64,000 nucleotides of DNA. Source: a virus. Below are positions 48,614 to 58,641 of this stretch, piece by piece. Both the position numbers and the translations under genes were made by a program. The first letter of the stretch is position 1; every line of letters starts with the position of its first letter. The DNA is taken from IMG/VR virus record IMGVR_UViG_3300021961_000073, positions 5,076 through 69,075 of that record; one strand, 5' to 3'. Under the pieces are notes generated by a model that worked only from the letters and a program-made list of their open reading frames with translations, was not told the origin of the DNA and made no database searches.

Positions 48614-49143
48614 TGAAATATTTTGACTATATAGCATGGAACGGGAATGTGTTATCAACAAAGGTATGTGAAGATATTATAGAATGGTTTGAAGATAAAA
48701 AAGATCATATAATAGAAGAAAGAAAAGAAGGCGTTCACCAAGATATTATATCTAATCCCAGTAAATTCGATTCTTTCGGTTTTTTACATAAAGAGATTAT
48801 AAACGGGCTTAAGATTCAGTTTGATACATATAGAAAAGAGTTTAGATGGTGTCCAAGTAATTTTGACTCGATGTCTTATAAGATACAAAAGTCATATCCG
48901 GGAAAAGGATTTACCGCTTGGCATGCTGAAGATGGAAATAATACAAATAGATTTTTAGTGTGGATGATTTATTTGAATCATACTATAGGTGGTCAAACAC
49001 AATTTTATGATCAGCATAAACATTTTAAACCGGAACCAGGCTTATGTCTTATTTGGCCTTCTGGCTGGAGTCATACTCATAGATCTATGCCGAATTTAAA
49101 AAGTAATAAATATATCATGACAGGATGGTGGCATTATGCGTGA
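48613..49143 (+). CDS. 2OG-Fe(II) oxygenase
   Basis: KIQK..PG.GF.AWHAE, R.LVWMIYLN..GG.T.F, WP..W.HTHR, KYIMTGW. Confidence 0.88.
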   Translation: MKYFDYIAWNGNVLSTKVCEDIIEWFEDKKDHIIEERKEGVHQDIISNPSKFDSFGFLHKEIINGLKIQFDTYRKEFRWCPSNFDSMSYKIQKSYPGKGFTAWHAEDGNNTNRFLVWMIYLNHTIGGQTQFYDQHKHFKPEPGLCLIWPSGWSHTHRSMPNLKSNKYIMTGWWHYA

Positions 49144-49474
49144 TTCAGATCAATTCAAAAACGACTACGAATATTCTAGAGAAACCTTATTCGATTTAAT
49201 TAATAAGGGAAGAGATGCACTAGAAGAAATGATCGCGGTCGCCCGCGAGAGCGAGCACCCGAGAGCGTTCGAAGTATTATCGGGGCTAATTAAAAACGTT
49301 GCTGATGTAAACGATAAGCTTATGGATCTGAATAAGAAACATAAAGATATGAACAAAAAAGAAGAACAAAAACAGATTGGTAATACAACCAATAATTTAT
49401 TCGTAGGATCTACCTCGGATCTACAGAGAATGCTGCAAAGGCAAACAGTGGATATTACACCTGATGATTCATGA
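49136..49474 (+). CDS. gp16: Terminase small subunit gp16
   Basis: DYEYSR..L..LI.KG, A.ESEHPRAFEV, NNLFVGST.DLQ. Confidence 0.93.
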   Translation: MRDSDQFKNDYEYSRETLFDLINKGRDALEEMIAVARESEHPRAFEVLSGLIKNVADVNDKLMDLNKKHKDMNKKEEQKQIGNTTNNLFVGSTSDLQRMLQRQTVDITPDDS

Positions 49475-51053
49475 AAGTTATCTGGGCAACCCTAACGTTA
49501 AACGTGACGGTGTTGTTCAGAATTGGGATATAGAAACAGTACAAGAATATGCCAAATGTATGCAAGATCCAGTATACTTTGCAAAAAACTATTGTAAGGT
49601 TATATCACTTGATAGGGGTTTAGTTCCATTTGACCTATATCCTTATCAAGAGAAAATGTTTAAACAATTTAATGACCATCGCTTTAATATAGTTCTTGCT
49701 TGCCGGCAATCTGGTAAATCTATTTCAGCTTGTGCATATCTCCTTTGGTTTGCTTTATTTCATACAGAAAAAACAATTGCTATATTGGCTAACAAAGGTG
49801 CCACTGCTAGGGAGATGCTATCACGTGTTACGCTTATGCTTGAAAATATACCATTCTTCTTACAACCTGGTTGCAAAGCCCTCAACAAGGGATCTATTGA
49901 GTTTAGTAATAACAGTCGTATTCTGGCTGCAGCTACTAGCGGTTCTAGTATTCGTGGTTTATCTGTTAGCTTACTCTACCTCGACGAGTTTGCGTTCGTC
50001 GAAAGAGCATCTGAGTTCTATACATCAACATATCCTGTTGTATCTTCCGGTAAAGACACAAAGGTTATTGTTACCTCAACAGCCAACGGTATTGGTAATA
50101 TGTTCTACAATCTGTGGCAAGGTTCAACACAGGGCGTAAATGAATATAAAGCATTTAGGGTAGATTGGTGGGACGTACCCGGTAGAGATGAAACTTGGAA
50201 ACTTCAAACTATATCAAATACCAGTCAGTTACAATTCGATCAGGAATTTGGTAACACATTCTTTGGTACAGGTGATACACTAATAAATGCCGAGACCCTT
50301 ATGAAATTAAGGGCTAAACAACCTATAGAAATCTTAGAGGATGGCAATTTTTTAGTATATGAAAAAGTACAGAAAGACCATCAATATGTCTGTTGTGTAG
50401 ATGTGTCGAGGGGAAGAGGTCAGGATTATTCTACTTTTAATTTGATCGATACCAGTGTTTCACCTTTTAGACAGGTGGCTGCGTATCGCTGTAACACTAT
50501 CTCTCCAATACTCTTCCCTAACATTATATATAAATATTCTAAGCTTTACAACGATGCTTATACGATCGTAGAATCAAATGACCAGGGAATGATGGTTGCT
50601 CGAGGTCTATATTACGACTTTGAATATGAAAATCTTCATGTAGAATCTGCTGTTAAAGCTAATGCACTAGGCATTGAAATGACTCGTAGGACCAAAAGAC
50701 TTGGATGTTCCGGATTTAAAGATATCTTAGAGAATGGTAAATTAGAGATTGTAGATGAACAGACCATATTAGAAATATCTACATTTGAAGGCAGGGGTCA
50801 ATCATATGAGGCTTCAGATGGTAATCATGACGATTTAGTAATGAACTTTGTAATGTTTGGTTACTTTGCAACTACCCAGATGTTCCAAGATATGACTAAT
50901 ATCAATTTAAAAGAAATGTTATTTAAAGAACGAATGGAAGCAATTGAGGAAGATCTTCCGCCGTTTGGGTTCATTGATGATGGGAGAACAGAGCTATTGC
51001 AACCAGACCCAGAATCGCCATGGGCTATCGATTATGAGCACAAACACTTCTAA
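49464..51053 (+). CDS. gp17: Terminase large subunit gp17
   Basis: YLGNPNVK, RQSGKS (Walker A), LYLDEFAFV (Walker B), STANG, HDDLVM. Confidence 0.97.
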   Translation: MIHESYLGNPNVKRDGVVQNWDIETVQEYAKCMQDPVYFAKNYCKVISLDRGLVPFDLYPYQEKMFKQFNDHRFNIVLACRQSGKSISACAYLLWFALFHTEKTIAILANKGATAREMLSRVTLMLENIPFFLQPGCKALNKGSIEFSNNSRILAAATSGSSIRGLSVSLLYLDEFAFVERASEFYTSTYPVVSSGKDTKVIVTSTANGIGNMFYNLWQGSTQGVNEYKAFRVDWWDVPGRDETWKLQTISNTSQLQFDQEFGNTFFGTGDTLINAETLMKLRAKQPIEILEDGNFLVYEKVQKDHQYVCCVDVSRGRGQDYSTFNLIDTSVSPFRQVAAYRCNTISPILFPNIIYKYSKLYNDAYTIVESNDQGMMVARGLYYDFEYENLHVESAVKANALGIEMTRRTKRLGCSGFKDILENGKLEIVDEQTILEISTFEGRGQSYEASDGNHDDLVMNFVMFGYFATTQMFQDMTNINLKEMLFKERMEAIEEDLPPFGFIDDGRTELLQPDPESPWAIDYEHKHF

Positions 51054-51065
51054 AATCGGGATTCT

Positions 51066-51073
51066 TATAAATA
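51066..51073 (+). promoter_or_regulatory. Late promoter (TATAAATA)
   Basis: Exact consensus upstream of gp18. Confidence 0.85.
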
Positions 51074-51133
51074 GAAATATGAAATTCCGTATTATGTTTA
51101 TAAGCTTATAATTTAACTCGAAGGGAAAGAGTC

Positions 51134-52966
51134 ATGGCAATTTCAACTCCATTACAATCTCCTGGCATTTTCGTCAGGGAGATCGACTTAACTGGGGTTG
51201 TTCCAAACGTTCCTACAAGTACAGGTGCCTATGCAGGCAATTTCCGCTGGGGCCCAGTGGAAGAGCCAGTATTGGTTGCAAATGAAACTGGTCTTGTTAC
51301 ACGCTTTGGCGCTCCAGATAGTGCAAGTACTGTAGCTTTTCATGAAGCTGCTTACTTCTTAAGATATTCAAATTCACTCCAAGTAATACGTGCTGTTCCA
51401 GACACCGGGATCTACAATGCATACGATTCAGATGCATATGGATCTGCAACTGATCCGATTCCATTAGCAGATGGTGGTAAGCCACTTGTCAAAAATAGAG
51501 ATAATTTTGACATTCAGGCAGCTACTTTGGCAAATTCCACTGTAGATAGTGCAAGCCTAAAGCACACCTTTATTGCTAAGTATCCTGGTGAGCTCGGTAA
51601 CGCTCTGGAGGTTCACCTCGCATTCGGCGCTGACGCATCTGGCTCAGGCGCAACTGATGCAAGGGATTCAGATTTTAATGCTTGGACATATAAATCATAC
51701 TTCGATAACGTACCAGAAACCTCTACAAACGCAGCAGATTTCGGTTGTACAGGTGACGAAGTACACGTAGTAGTTGTAGATAGAACAGGCGCATTCGGTG
51801 TAAGAGGACAGGTTCTTGAGGTCTTCCCATACCTTTCACTCGCACCTAACGCAGTTAATGCCGATGGATCTACTAACTACGTTGTAAACGTTGTCAATAA
51901 CGCATCAAACTATGTTTGGATGGCTGGCTTCGGCCATAAGGGTAATGCTTCCGTCTTTTCAACTAATTCAGGCACAAGCTTTAGTGTAGATGAGCCTGTA
52001 AATTACGATTCAGGAAGAAGCGGTACTTACACCCAAAGCATTCGTCTCAGAAACGGTAACGATGGTGGAGCACTAGACGTTGGCGATTATCAGACAGCAT
52101 TCGATCAAGTAGAAGACAAGGAAAATATCCTCGTTGACTTCCTGATTGCTCCTGGTATGAACAGCAGAGTAGCTCAAACATCAATCGTTAATGATCTTGT
52201 TGCAATTGCACAATCAACAAGAAAAGACTGCGTGGTTGTTACATCTCCGGCACGTTCGGACATCATTAACAACAGCGATCCAGTTGGTTCAACAGTATTA
52301 ACTGCTGCTAGCTTTACCCAGTCTTCATATCTGGTCATGGACAACAACTACCTAAAAATCTACGATAAGTACAACGATCAGTACATTAACCTAGCAGCAG
52401 CATCATCTGTTGCAGGTCTTATGGCTGGTACAGATCAGGTAGCTGCTCCTTGGTTCTCTCCAGCAGGTCCAAGACGTGGTCAACTTTTAGGTATTACAAA
52501 TATTGCTTACTCTCCAAACCAAACCCAGAGAGACACCCTTTATAAGGTTGGTGTTAACCCAATTGCTAACATCCCTGGTCAAGGCGTCCTTCTGTTTGGT
52601 GATAAGACTAAGCTCGCACGTCCAAGTGCATTTGATCGTATCAACGTTCGGAGACTGTTCTTGGCAATCGAAAGAGCGATCGCAATCGCAGCTCGTAACG
52701 TTCTGTTCGAGTTCAACGATGAGTTCACTCGTGCAGAGTTTAAGAATATCGTAGAACCTTTCCTTCGGGAGATTCAAGGCAGACGTGGTATTACTGACTT
52801 CCGCGTAGTTTGTGACGAGACAAACAACACGGCAGCGGTAATAGACAGAAACGAATTTGTTTGCAACATCTTCATCAAGCCTGCACGCTCTATTAACTTC
52901 GTCACACTGAACTTTGTGGCTGTTAGAACGGGCGTCGACTTTGAAGAAGTTGTAGGCACGGTATAA
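51134..52966 (+). CDS. gp18: Tail sheath protein gp18
   Basis: SPGIFVREIDLT, F.WGP, PWFSPAG..RG, FDRINVRRLF, FEFNDEFTR, IKPARSINF. Confidence 0.97.
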   Translation: MAISTPLQSPGIFVREIDLTGVVPNVPTSTGAYAGNFRWGPVEEPVLVANETGLVTRFGAPDSASTVAFHEAAYFLRYSNSLQVIRAVPDTGIYNAYDSDAYGSATDPIPLADGGKPLVKNRDNFDIQAATLANSTVDSASLKHTFIAKYPGELGNALEVHLAFGADASGSGATDARDSDFNAWTYKSYFDNVPETSTNAADFGCTGDEVHVVVVDRTGAFGVRGQVLEVFPYLSLAPNAVNADGSTNYVVNVVNNASNYVWMAGFGHKGNASVFSTNSGTSFSVDEPVNYDSGRSGTYTQSIRLRNGNDGGALDVGDYQTAFDQVEDKENILVDFLIAPGMNSRVAQTSIVNDLVAIAQSTRKDCVVVTSPARSDIINNSDPVGSTVLTAASFTQSSYLVMDNNYLKIYDKYNDQYINLAAASSVAGLMAGTDQVAAPWFSPAGPRRGQLLGITNIAYSPNQTQRDTLYKVGVNPIANIPGQGVLLFGDKTKLARPSAFDRINVRRLFLAIERAIAIAARNVLFEFNDEFTRAEFKNIVEPFLREIQGRRGITDFRVVCDETNNTAAVIDRNEFVCNIFIKPARSINFVTLNFVAVRTGVDFEEVVGTV

Positions 52967-52969
52967 ATA
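52962..52969 (+). promoter_or_regulatory. Late promoter (TATAAATA)
   Basis: Overlaps the gp18 stop, upstream of gp19. Confidence 0.75.
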
Positions 52970-52988
52970 GCGCTAATAGGAGAATAAA

Positions 52989-53513
52989 ATGAGCCTTTCA
53001 GTAGATGATTTCAAGGCCAAATTAAAAGGCGGTGGCGCTAGACCGAATCTGTTTAAAGCCACCATTAACTTTCCAACCTACGCAAATGGGGACGTAGAAC
53101 TTACGTCCTTCATGTGCGAGGCTGCTCAATTGCCTGGCTCTATCATGGGAACGATTATTATCCCATTTAGAGGCAGACAGCTTAAAATCGCTGGGGATCG
53201 TACGTTTGACGTATGGACCCCACAGATCATTAATGACACAGATTTTAAGATTCGTAACGCAATGGAACGTTGGATGAACGGTATTAATGCACACAGTGCA
53301 AATACTGGTCTTACAGCTCCTACCGATTACGAAGCTGACCTACTCGTCGAGCAGCTTGATCGGGACGATTCAGTAGTAAAAACATACACATTCCGTGGAT
53401 GTTTCCCGACTGCTATTTCTCCCATTGATTTGAACTACGGATCAAACGATGAAATCGAAAGATTCACCGTTGAATTCCAAGTTCAGTACTGGGAATCAGC
53501 CACTACAAGTTAA
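52989..53513 (+). CDS. gp19: Tail tube protein gp19
   Basis: GGGARPNLF, PFRGRQLKIAGDRTF..W, QLDR, IE.FTVEFQVQYW. Confidence 0.97.
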   Translation: MSLSVDDFKAKLKGGGARPNLFKATINFPTYANGDVELTSFMCEAAQLPGSIMGTIIIPFRGRQLKIAGDRTFDVWTPQIINDTDFKIRNAMERWMNGINAHSANTGLTAPTDYEADLLVEQLDRDDSVVKTYTFRGCFPTAISPIDLNYGSNDEIERFTVEFQVQYWESATTS

Positions 53514-53546
53514 GGTGGTATATAAAGAGTATAAAGATAGCTGGGT

Positions 53547-53568
53547 AGCTGGGCGGAAACGTCCAGCT
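53547..53568 (+). other. GNRA-capped RNA hairpin between gp19 and gp20
   Basis: AGCTGGGCG-GAAA-CGTCCAGCT (9 bp with one G-U); no long U-tract follows. Confidence 0.55.
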
Positions 53569-53590
53569 CCCTCTTAAAATAGGATTGACT

Positions 53591-55174
53591 ATGGCAGATA
53601 ACGGTCTTACGCTTTTCGGATTTGAGATCCGTAGATCAAAAAAAGAAGAACAAGAGGATAAAAACCTTCGATCCATTGTCCCGAAAGTGGACGAGGATGG
53701 TGCTGGTTATGTTACTGCATCAGGTGCACACTATGGCCAATATGTAGATATTGATGGCGATAGATCTAAAGATAATGCTACTCTTATTCAAAAATATCGT
53801 GGTGTTGCTATGCATCCTGAAGTGGATATGGCAATTGAAGATATTGTAAATGAAGCCATTGCAGGTGAAGATGAGATGTCTGTATCACTGCAGATGGATG
53901 ATCTAGAATTATCTAAAGGTATTAAGAATAAGATACAAGAAGAATTCGATAACATTCTATACATGCTTAAGTTCAATGATCTTGCGCATGACATTTTCAG
54001 AAAATGGTATATCGATGGTAGATTAAACTATCATCTAGTTGTGAATGAGGATAGACCTAAAGAAGGTATCCAAGATATTCGTCCAATTGACTCGGCTAAA
54101 ATTCGTAAAGTAAAAGAGGTCAAGAAGAAAAAAGATCCTATTACTGGTGCGAATATTATTGAGGGTCAGAATGAATACTACATCTATCAGGAAAAACCAG
54201 GACAACAAAATAGCGGTGTAAAGCTTACTAAAGATTCAGTTGTATACGTTACATCTGGTCTATTAGATGCTACACAAAGACATGTAGTTTCTTATCTACA
54301 TAAAGCTCTAAAACCAATTAACCAATTGCGTATGATGGAAGACTCGCTTGTCATCTATCGTCTCGCACGTGCGCCCGAGCGTCGTATATTCTATATTGAT
54401 GTTGGTAACTTGCCTAAGGGTAAAGCTGAAGAGTATATGAAAGGTATCATGACTCGCTATAGGAATAAGCTAGTCTATGATGCTAATACGGGTGAGGTAA
54501 AAGATGATCGCAAGCATATGTCAATGCTTGAGGATTTTTGGCTACCTAGACGCGAAGGTGGCAGAGGTACAGAAATTTCTACATTACCAGGTGGTGAAAA
54601 TCTGGGCCAAATTGACGATATCGTCTACTTCCAAAAAAGATTATATCGTGCACTCAACGTACCTATTAATAGGCTAGAACAAGAAGCTCAATTCTCACTT
54701 GGTAGATCTACTGAGATCTCACGTGACGAGCTAAAATTCCAGAAGTTTATCGATCGTATCCGTAAGCGTTTCTCTATACTGTTTAGGGAGATTCTGAGAA
54801 AGCAGCTTATCTTAAAAGGTATTATTACCGAAGAAGATTGGGAAGATTTCTCTAATGATATTCAGTTTGATTTCTCCAGAGATAATCACTTTGCAGAATT
54901 AAAGAATGCTGAAATCCTAAGAGAAAGACTCCAGACTATGGATATGGCACAACAATATGTTGGCGAATATCTATCTAAAGAATGGGTGATGAAGAACGTT
55001 CTTTACTTCGATGATGAAGAGATCCAAAAGATCAAAGATCAAATCGAAGGAGAGACCCCAGCAGAAGATGAATTCCCTCAACAAGATCAACAGGACCAAG
55101 ATCAACCTCCTGAACAAGAACAGGACCAGGATGAAGGTCAAACCCATACGGTGAAACTAAAAATAGCTAAATAA
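53591..55174 (+). CDS. gp20: Portal protein gp20
   Basis: LFGFEI, WYIDGR, SYLHKALKP.NQLRMMEDSLVIYR..RAPERRIFYIDVGNLPK, EDFWLPRREGGRGTEI. Confidence 0.97.
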   Translation: MADNGLTLFGFEIRRSKKEEQEDKNLRSIVPKVDEDGAGYVTASGAHYGQYVDIDGDRSKDNATLIQKYRGVAMHPEVDMAIEDIVNEAIAGEDEMSVSLQMDDLELSKGIKNKIQEEFDNILYMLKFNDLAHDIFRKWYIDGRLNYHLVVNEDRPKEGIQDIRPIDSAKIRKVKEVKKKKDPITGANIIEGQNEYYIYQEKPGQQNSGVKLTKDSVVYVTSGLLDATQRHVVSYLHKALKPINQLRMMEDSLVIYRLARAPERRIFYIDVGNLPKGKAEEYMKGIMTRYRNKLVYDANTGEVKDDRKHMSMLEDFWLPRREGGRGTEISTLPGGENLGQIDDIVYFQKRLYRALNVPINRLEQEAQFSLGRSTEISRDELKFQKFIDRIRKRFSILFREILRKQLILKGIITEEDWEDFSNDIQFDFSRDNHFAELKNAEILRERLQTMDMAQQYVGEYLSKEWVMKNVLYFDDEEIQKIKDQIEGETPAEDEFPQQDQQDQDQPPEQEQDQDEGQTHTVKLKIAK

Positions 55175-55887
55175 TGAAACCTGAAAATGTGAATACTTTC
55201 GTTATAGTGATTCGTGGGAACGAGGTCTCTGAATATTACTACGAACAAATAAAAGAATCTTGGGAATCAAATGGATTTAAATTAAATCGATTTGATGCAT
55301 ATCATCCTGGAAATTATGATAGTAGGGTTAAACTAAACTTTGGGGTAAGTAATTCTAACAAATATGTTAAGAAACAGATCGTAAAAGAATATACTCCATC
55401 CGAGAAGGCTGCCTTCGTTTCTCATTATATGATATGGAAAAGGATATTCGAAAAGAATATAAAAGACGCTTTAATAATAGAGCATGATTCTAGGCTTAGA
55501 GATTATGAATTATTTGAAAAAGAATGGGATTTAGATGAAAAAATAGATGTTAAATTATTTGGGCAAGGCGCATCTTGCTATAGAATAAGCCCCCGAGCAG
55601 CTGGATCTATCCGTAACTTTATACATTTAAATCCAGTAATAGATGCTGGGCCTATGGGATATATTGCTGATATGAAAGGTAATACACATCCTTATAATGT
55701 CGAAAGAACATTTGAAAAGCTTGGTGGTGAGATACACTTACCAGTAGAACACATCTACAATAAAGACAAAAAGAACACCATAGATAAATATAGTAACATA
55801 CCAAAAAAGTGGGCTAGACATTTTCAAAAACAACAAGACAATGTTAGTCAAGAACGATGGGTTTTTGTAGGAGAAGAAAATGAATGA
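55174..55887 (+). CDS. Glycosyltransferase family 25-like protein
   Basis: FVIVI, RFDA, SEKAAFVSHYMIWKRI...ALIIEHD, CY.ISP.AA. Confidence 0.7.
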   Translation: MKPENVNTFVIVIRGNEVSEYYYEQIKESWESNGFKLNRFDAYHPGNYDSRVKLNFGVSNSNKYVKKQIVKEYTPSEKAAFVSHYMIWKRIFEKNIKDALIIEHDSRLRDYELFEKEWDLDEKIDVKLFGQGASCYRISPRAAGSIRNFIHLNPVIDAGPMGYIADMKGNTHPYNVERTFEKLGGEIHLPVEHIYNKDKKNTIDKYSNIPKKWARHFQKQQDNVSQERWVFVGEENE

Positions 55888-56191
55888 TGAGGAAGATAAT
55901 ATGGAAGTAGAACAACCTAACCCCCTGAATAATATGATAGACTTTGTACAAAACGCAGAGTTCAATAAAGCTAGTAATATTTTCAGTGGTCTTATAGGAC
56001 AAAAAGTAGCTGATGCTTTGGAGCAAGAAAAAATTGGTATAGCTTCTACTATGTGGGGACAACCAGAAGACGAAGATATTAGCGATGAGGATCTAGAAGC
56101 AGCAGCGGCTGAAATGGACGATGAAGATGGCGACGACATTGAATACGATGAAGACGGCGACTATGACGAAGACGAAGTCGGCCAATCCTGA
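55880..56191 (+). CDS. Acidic prohead core protein (gp67-like)
   Basis: MIDFV.N.EF..A..IF......KV.DALEQ.K..IA followed by D/E-rich tail; lies between portal and protease. Confidence 0.65.
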   Translation: MNDEEDNMEVEQPNPLNNMIDFVQNAEFNKASNIFSGLIGQKVADALEQEKIGIASTMWGQPEDEDISDEDLEAAAAEMDDEDGDDIEYDEDGDYDEDEVGQS

Positions 56192-56963
56192 TAGTCCAGA
56201 TTTTAAAGCATCTGAATGGGAAAGACTGCAACGTTCTTATTGGCAGCCAGTACTTTATTTTCACCGTAATAGAGAAGTAAAAAGCACTCCTGTAGATTTT
56301 TGTATGTGTGCAAAAAATGCATGCTCTACTGTTAAAGTATTTTTTACTTGGACTATAGACAAAGACTTAGATAAATTATACAGTGAAGAATATTATGAGT
56401 TTTATAAAGATTGGGCTAATCAGAAGAATCTCCCACCAGAAAGTGCACCGGAACAAAAGGATTTTTTAAATTATGGATTTCAAAATCATTTTGATACCAG
56501 AAGATTTAGCAGGGTAAAACATGCCAGAAATCTAGATACAGATCTTGTAACTTTTTTCAGGAAAAAGTCTAGTACTTTTGCAATAAAAAGAGATCCGATC
56601 AAAAGATTTTTATCTTCATATACTCATACGCATGTAAAGACTGGACCAGCTTGGCATGGAGACCATGAATATTCAATAGAAGATTTAATAGAACATTTGA
56701 AAGATGGGACATATTGGAATGAACATTTAGAAACTCAGTCGTGGTGGATGGGTGAACCTGATTGGTATGACCACGTCTATCATATAAATGATACTAAAAA
56801 ATGTCTTCGTCATATGGCTGGAATGCTTGGGGTTGTAGAAAAAGATGAAATACCAGATTTTCATTTTATGAAGAATCCTAATGAAAAACCAGAAATAACC
56901 AGGAAACAAATTTCAATGATTGAGCAATTTTATATTAAAGATTATGAAAATGGATGGTATTAA
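56121..56963 (+). CDS. Sulfotransferase (Sulfotransfer_2-like); start uncertain
   Basis: 5'-PSB-like AKNACSTV and 3'-PB RDPIKRFLSSY, H...Q..W, FYIKDY. Confidence 0.75.
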   Translation: MKMATTLNTMKTATMTKTKSANPDSPDFKASEWERLQRSYWQPVLYFHRNREVKSTPVDFCMCAKNACSTVKVFFTWTIDKDLDKLYSEEYYEFYKDWANQKNLPPESAPEQKDFLNYGFQNHFDTRRFSRVKHARNLDTDLVTFFRKKSSTFAIKRDPIKRFLSSYTHTHVKTGPAWHGDHEYSIEDLIEHLKDGTYWNEHLETQSWWMGEPDWYDHVYHINDTKKCLRHMAGMLGVVEKDEIPDFHFMKNPNEKPEITRKQISMIEQFYIKDYENGWY

Positions 56964-56986
56964 TTCATTTTAAAAATATAAAAATA

Positions 56987-56994
56987 TATAAATA
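56987..56994 (+). promoter_or_regulatory. Late promoter (TATAAATA)
   Basis: Exact consensus upstream of gp21. Confidence 0.8.
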
Positions 56995-57032
56995 AAATCG
57001 TAACGGAATACTACGTTCGGAGTGAACAACAA

Positions 57033-57689
57033 ATGAAACTTATTACTGAATACACCGAAACGAATGTGCAGTGCTTAGTCGAGAAAAAAGAAGACGGGAC
57101 TAAGAATTACACAATCGAAGGTATATTTGCTCAATCCGAAGGTAAAAACCGCAACGGAAGAATTTACCCTAAAGCCGTAATGGAAGCAGCGGTAAACAAG
57201 TACGTTGATCAACAAGTTAAGACTAAGCGAGCAGTTGGAGAGCTAAATCATCCAGATGGCCCCACTGTTAACTTAGATAAAGTATCCCATCTAATTACTG
57301 ACCTAAAAATGGAAGGTAATGATGTGATGGGTAAAGCACGCATCTTGGATACTCCTATGGGCCAAATTGTAAAAGGCCTGCTTGAAGGCGGAGTTCAACT
57401 GGGTGTGTCGACTCGTGGTATGGGAAGCCTCGAGAATAGAAATGGTGTTATGTATGTCAAAGACGATTTCATGTTGAATACCGTCGACATCGTCCAAGAT
57501 CCATCTGCTCCTAACGCTTTTGTTAATGGAATTATGGAAGGCGTAGACTGGGTTTGGAATAACGGCATTATCGAAGCTCGAGAAATTGAAAAAATGGAGA
57601 CTGAAATTAAAAAGGCTCCACGTGCTGATCTCTATGAAGCTCAGGTGCGTGAGTTTAAGAATTTCCTCTCGTTGTTAAACCAAAAGTAA
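57033..57689 (+). CDS. gp21: Prohead protease gp21
   Basis: MKLITE, IEGIFAQ...KNRNGRIYP, GELNHP, GVSTRGMGSL, DIVQDPSAP.AFV.GIME. Confidence 0.96.
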   Translation: MKLITEYTETNVQCLVEKKEDGTKNYTIEGIFAQSEGKNRNGRIYPKAVMEAAVNKYVDQQVKTKRAVGELNHPDGPTVNLDKVSHLITDLKMEGNDVMGKARILDTPMGQIVKGLLEGGVQLGVSTRGMGSLENRNGVMYVKDDFMLNTVDIVQDPSAPNAFVNGIMEGVDWVWNNGIIEAREIEKMETEIKKAPRADLYEAQVREFKNFLSLLNQK

Positions 57690-57699
57690 GGAGTCTAAC

Positions 57700-58641
57700 A
57701 TGACTGATCAAATTATTGACCAGGATGTTGAGCTCGATGACGAGGAAGTCGTAGAAGCTCATGATCCGAAGAATGCTGAAGAGCAGTCTGTAGCTTCTGT
57801 TAAAGCCGCTGAAGGTGCTGGTAAAACAGCAGGTAAGCGTAAAGGTGATAAGTCCAACTCACAGCCAATGGAAAAAGGCAAAGGTGGCGATCCTGAAAAG
57901 GCAACAGAAGGTTATGACTTCTCTGATGATCTGGATGCTCTTATTTCTGAGGAGGCAACTCTCTCCGAAGGATTCAAGGGTAAAGCAGCAATCATCTTTG
58001 AAGCAGCAATCAAATCAAAACTCTCTGAAGAGGTAGATCGCCTCGAAGAGCAATATGCAACCCAGCTTCAGGAAGAAATCAGCTCTTTCAAGGAAGATCT
58101 CGTTGAAAAAGTTGACGGGTACCTGAACCTCGTAGTCGAACAATGGATGGAAGACAACAAGTTGGCAATTCAGAACGGACTCCGTACTGAAATCGCCGAA
58201 GGCTTCATGAACAGCCTTAAAGCTGTTTTTGAAGAGAACTATGTTGAAGTTCCTGATTCCAAAGTTGACCTCGTAGATGATCTTGCAAGCCAGGTCGAAG
58301 ACCTCGGCGGTAAGCTCGATGAGCAAACCAGCAAGATGATCGAAATGAAAGAAGAGCTTGAGCAATTTAAGCGTTACGAAGTAATTCGTGAGGCTGCCCA
58401 AGGTCTTGCAGATACAGAAGTAGAAAAGCTCGTTAAGCTTTCTGAGGACGTAGATTTTGTTGACCAAGCTACCTTCGCTGACAAAGTTAAGACCATCAAA
58501 GAAGCTTATTTCAAGAAGAAAACTTCTGACACAATCGCTGAATCATTCGAAGAAGATACCGACGCATCTGACGATGTTGTAGAAGTAGCAGGTTCGATGG
58601 CAGCATATGTTAACGCCCTTAAAAAAACAAGTAATAAGTAA
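57700..58641 (+). CDS. gp22: Prohead scaffolding protein gp22
   Basis: LSEGFK.KA..IFEAA, KVDGYL..VVEQWM..N.LAI..GLRTEI.E.F, M.AY..AL. Confidence 0.93.
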   Translation: MTDQIIDQDVELDDEEVVEAHDPKNAEEQSVASVKAAEGAGKTAGKRKGDKSNSQPMEKGKGGDPEKATEGYDFSDDLDALISEEATLSEGFKGKAAIIFEAAIKSKLSEEVDRLEEQYATQLQEEISSFKEDLVEKVDGYLNLVVEQWMEDNKLAIQNGLRTEIAEGFMNSLKAVFEENYVEVPDSKVDLVDDLASQVEDLGGKLDEQTSKMIEMKEELEQFKRYEVIREAAQGLADTEVEKLVKLSEDVDFVDQATFADKVKTIKEAYFKKKTSDTIAESFEEDTDASDDVVEVAGSMAAYVNALKKTSNK

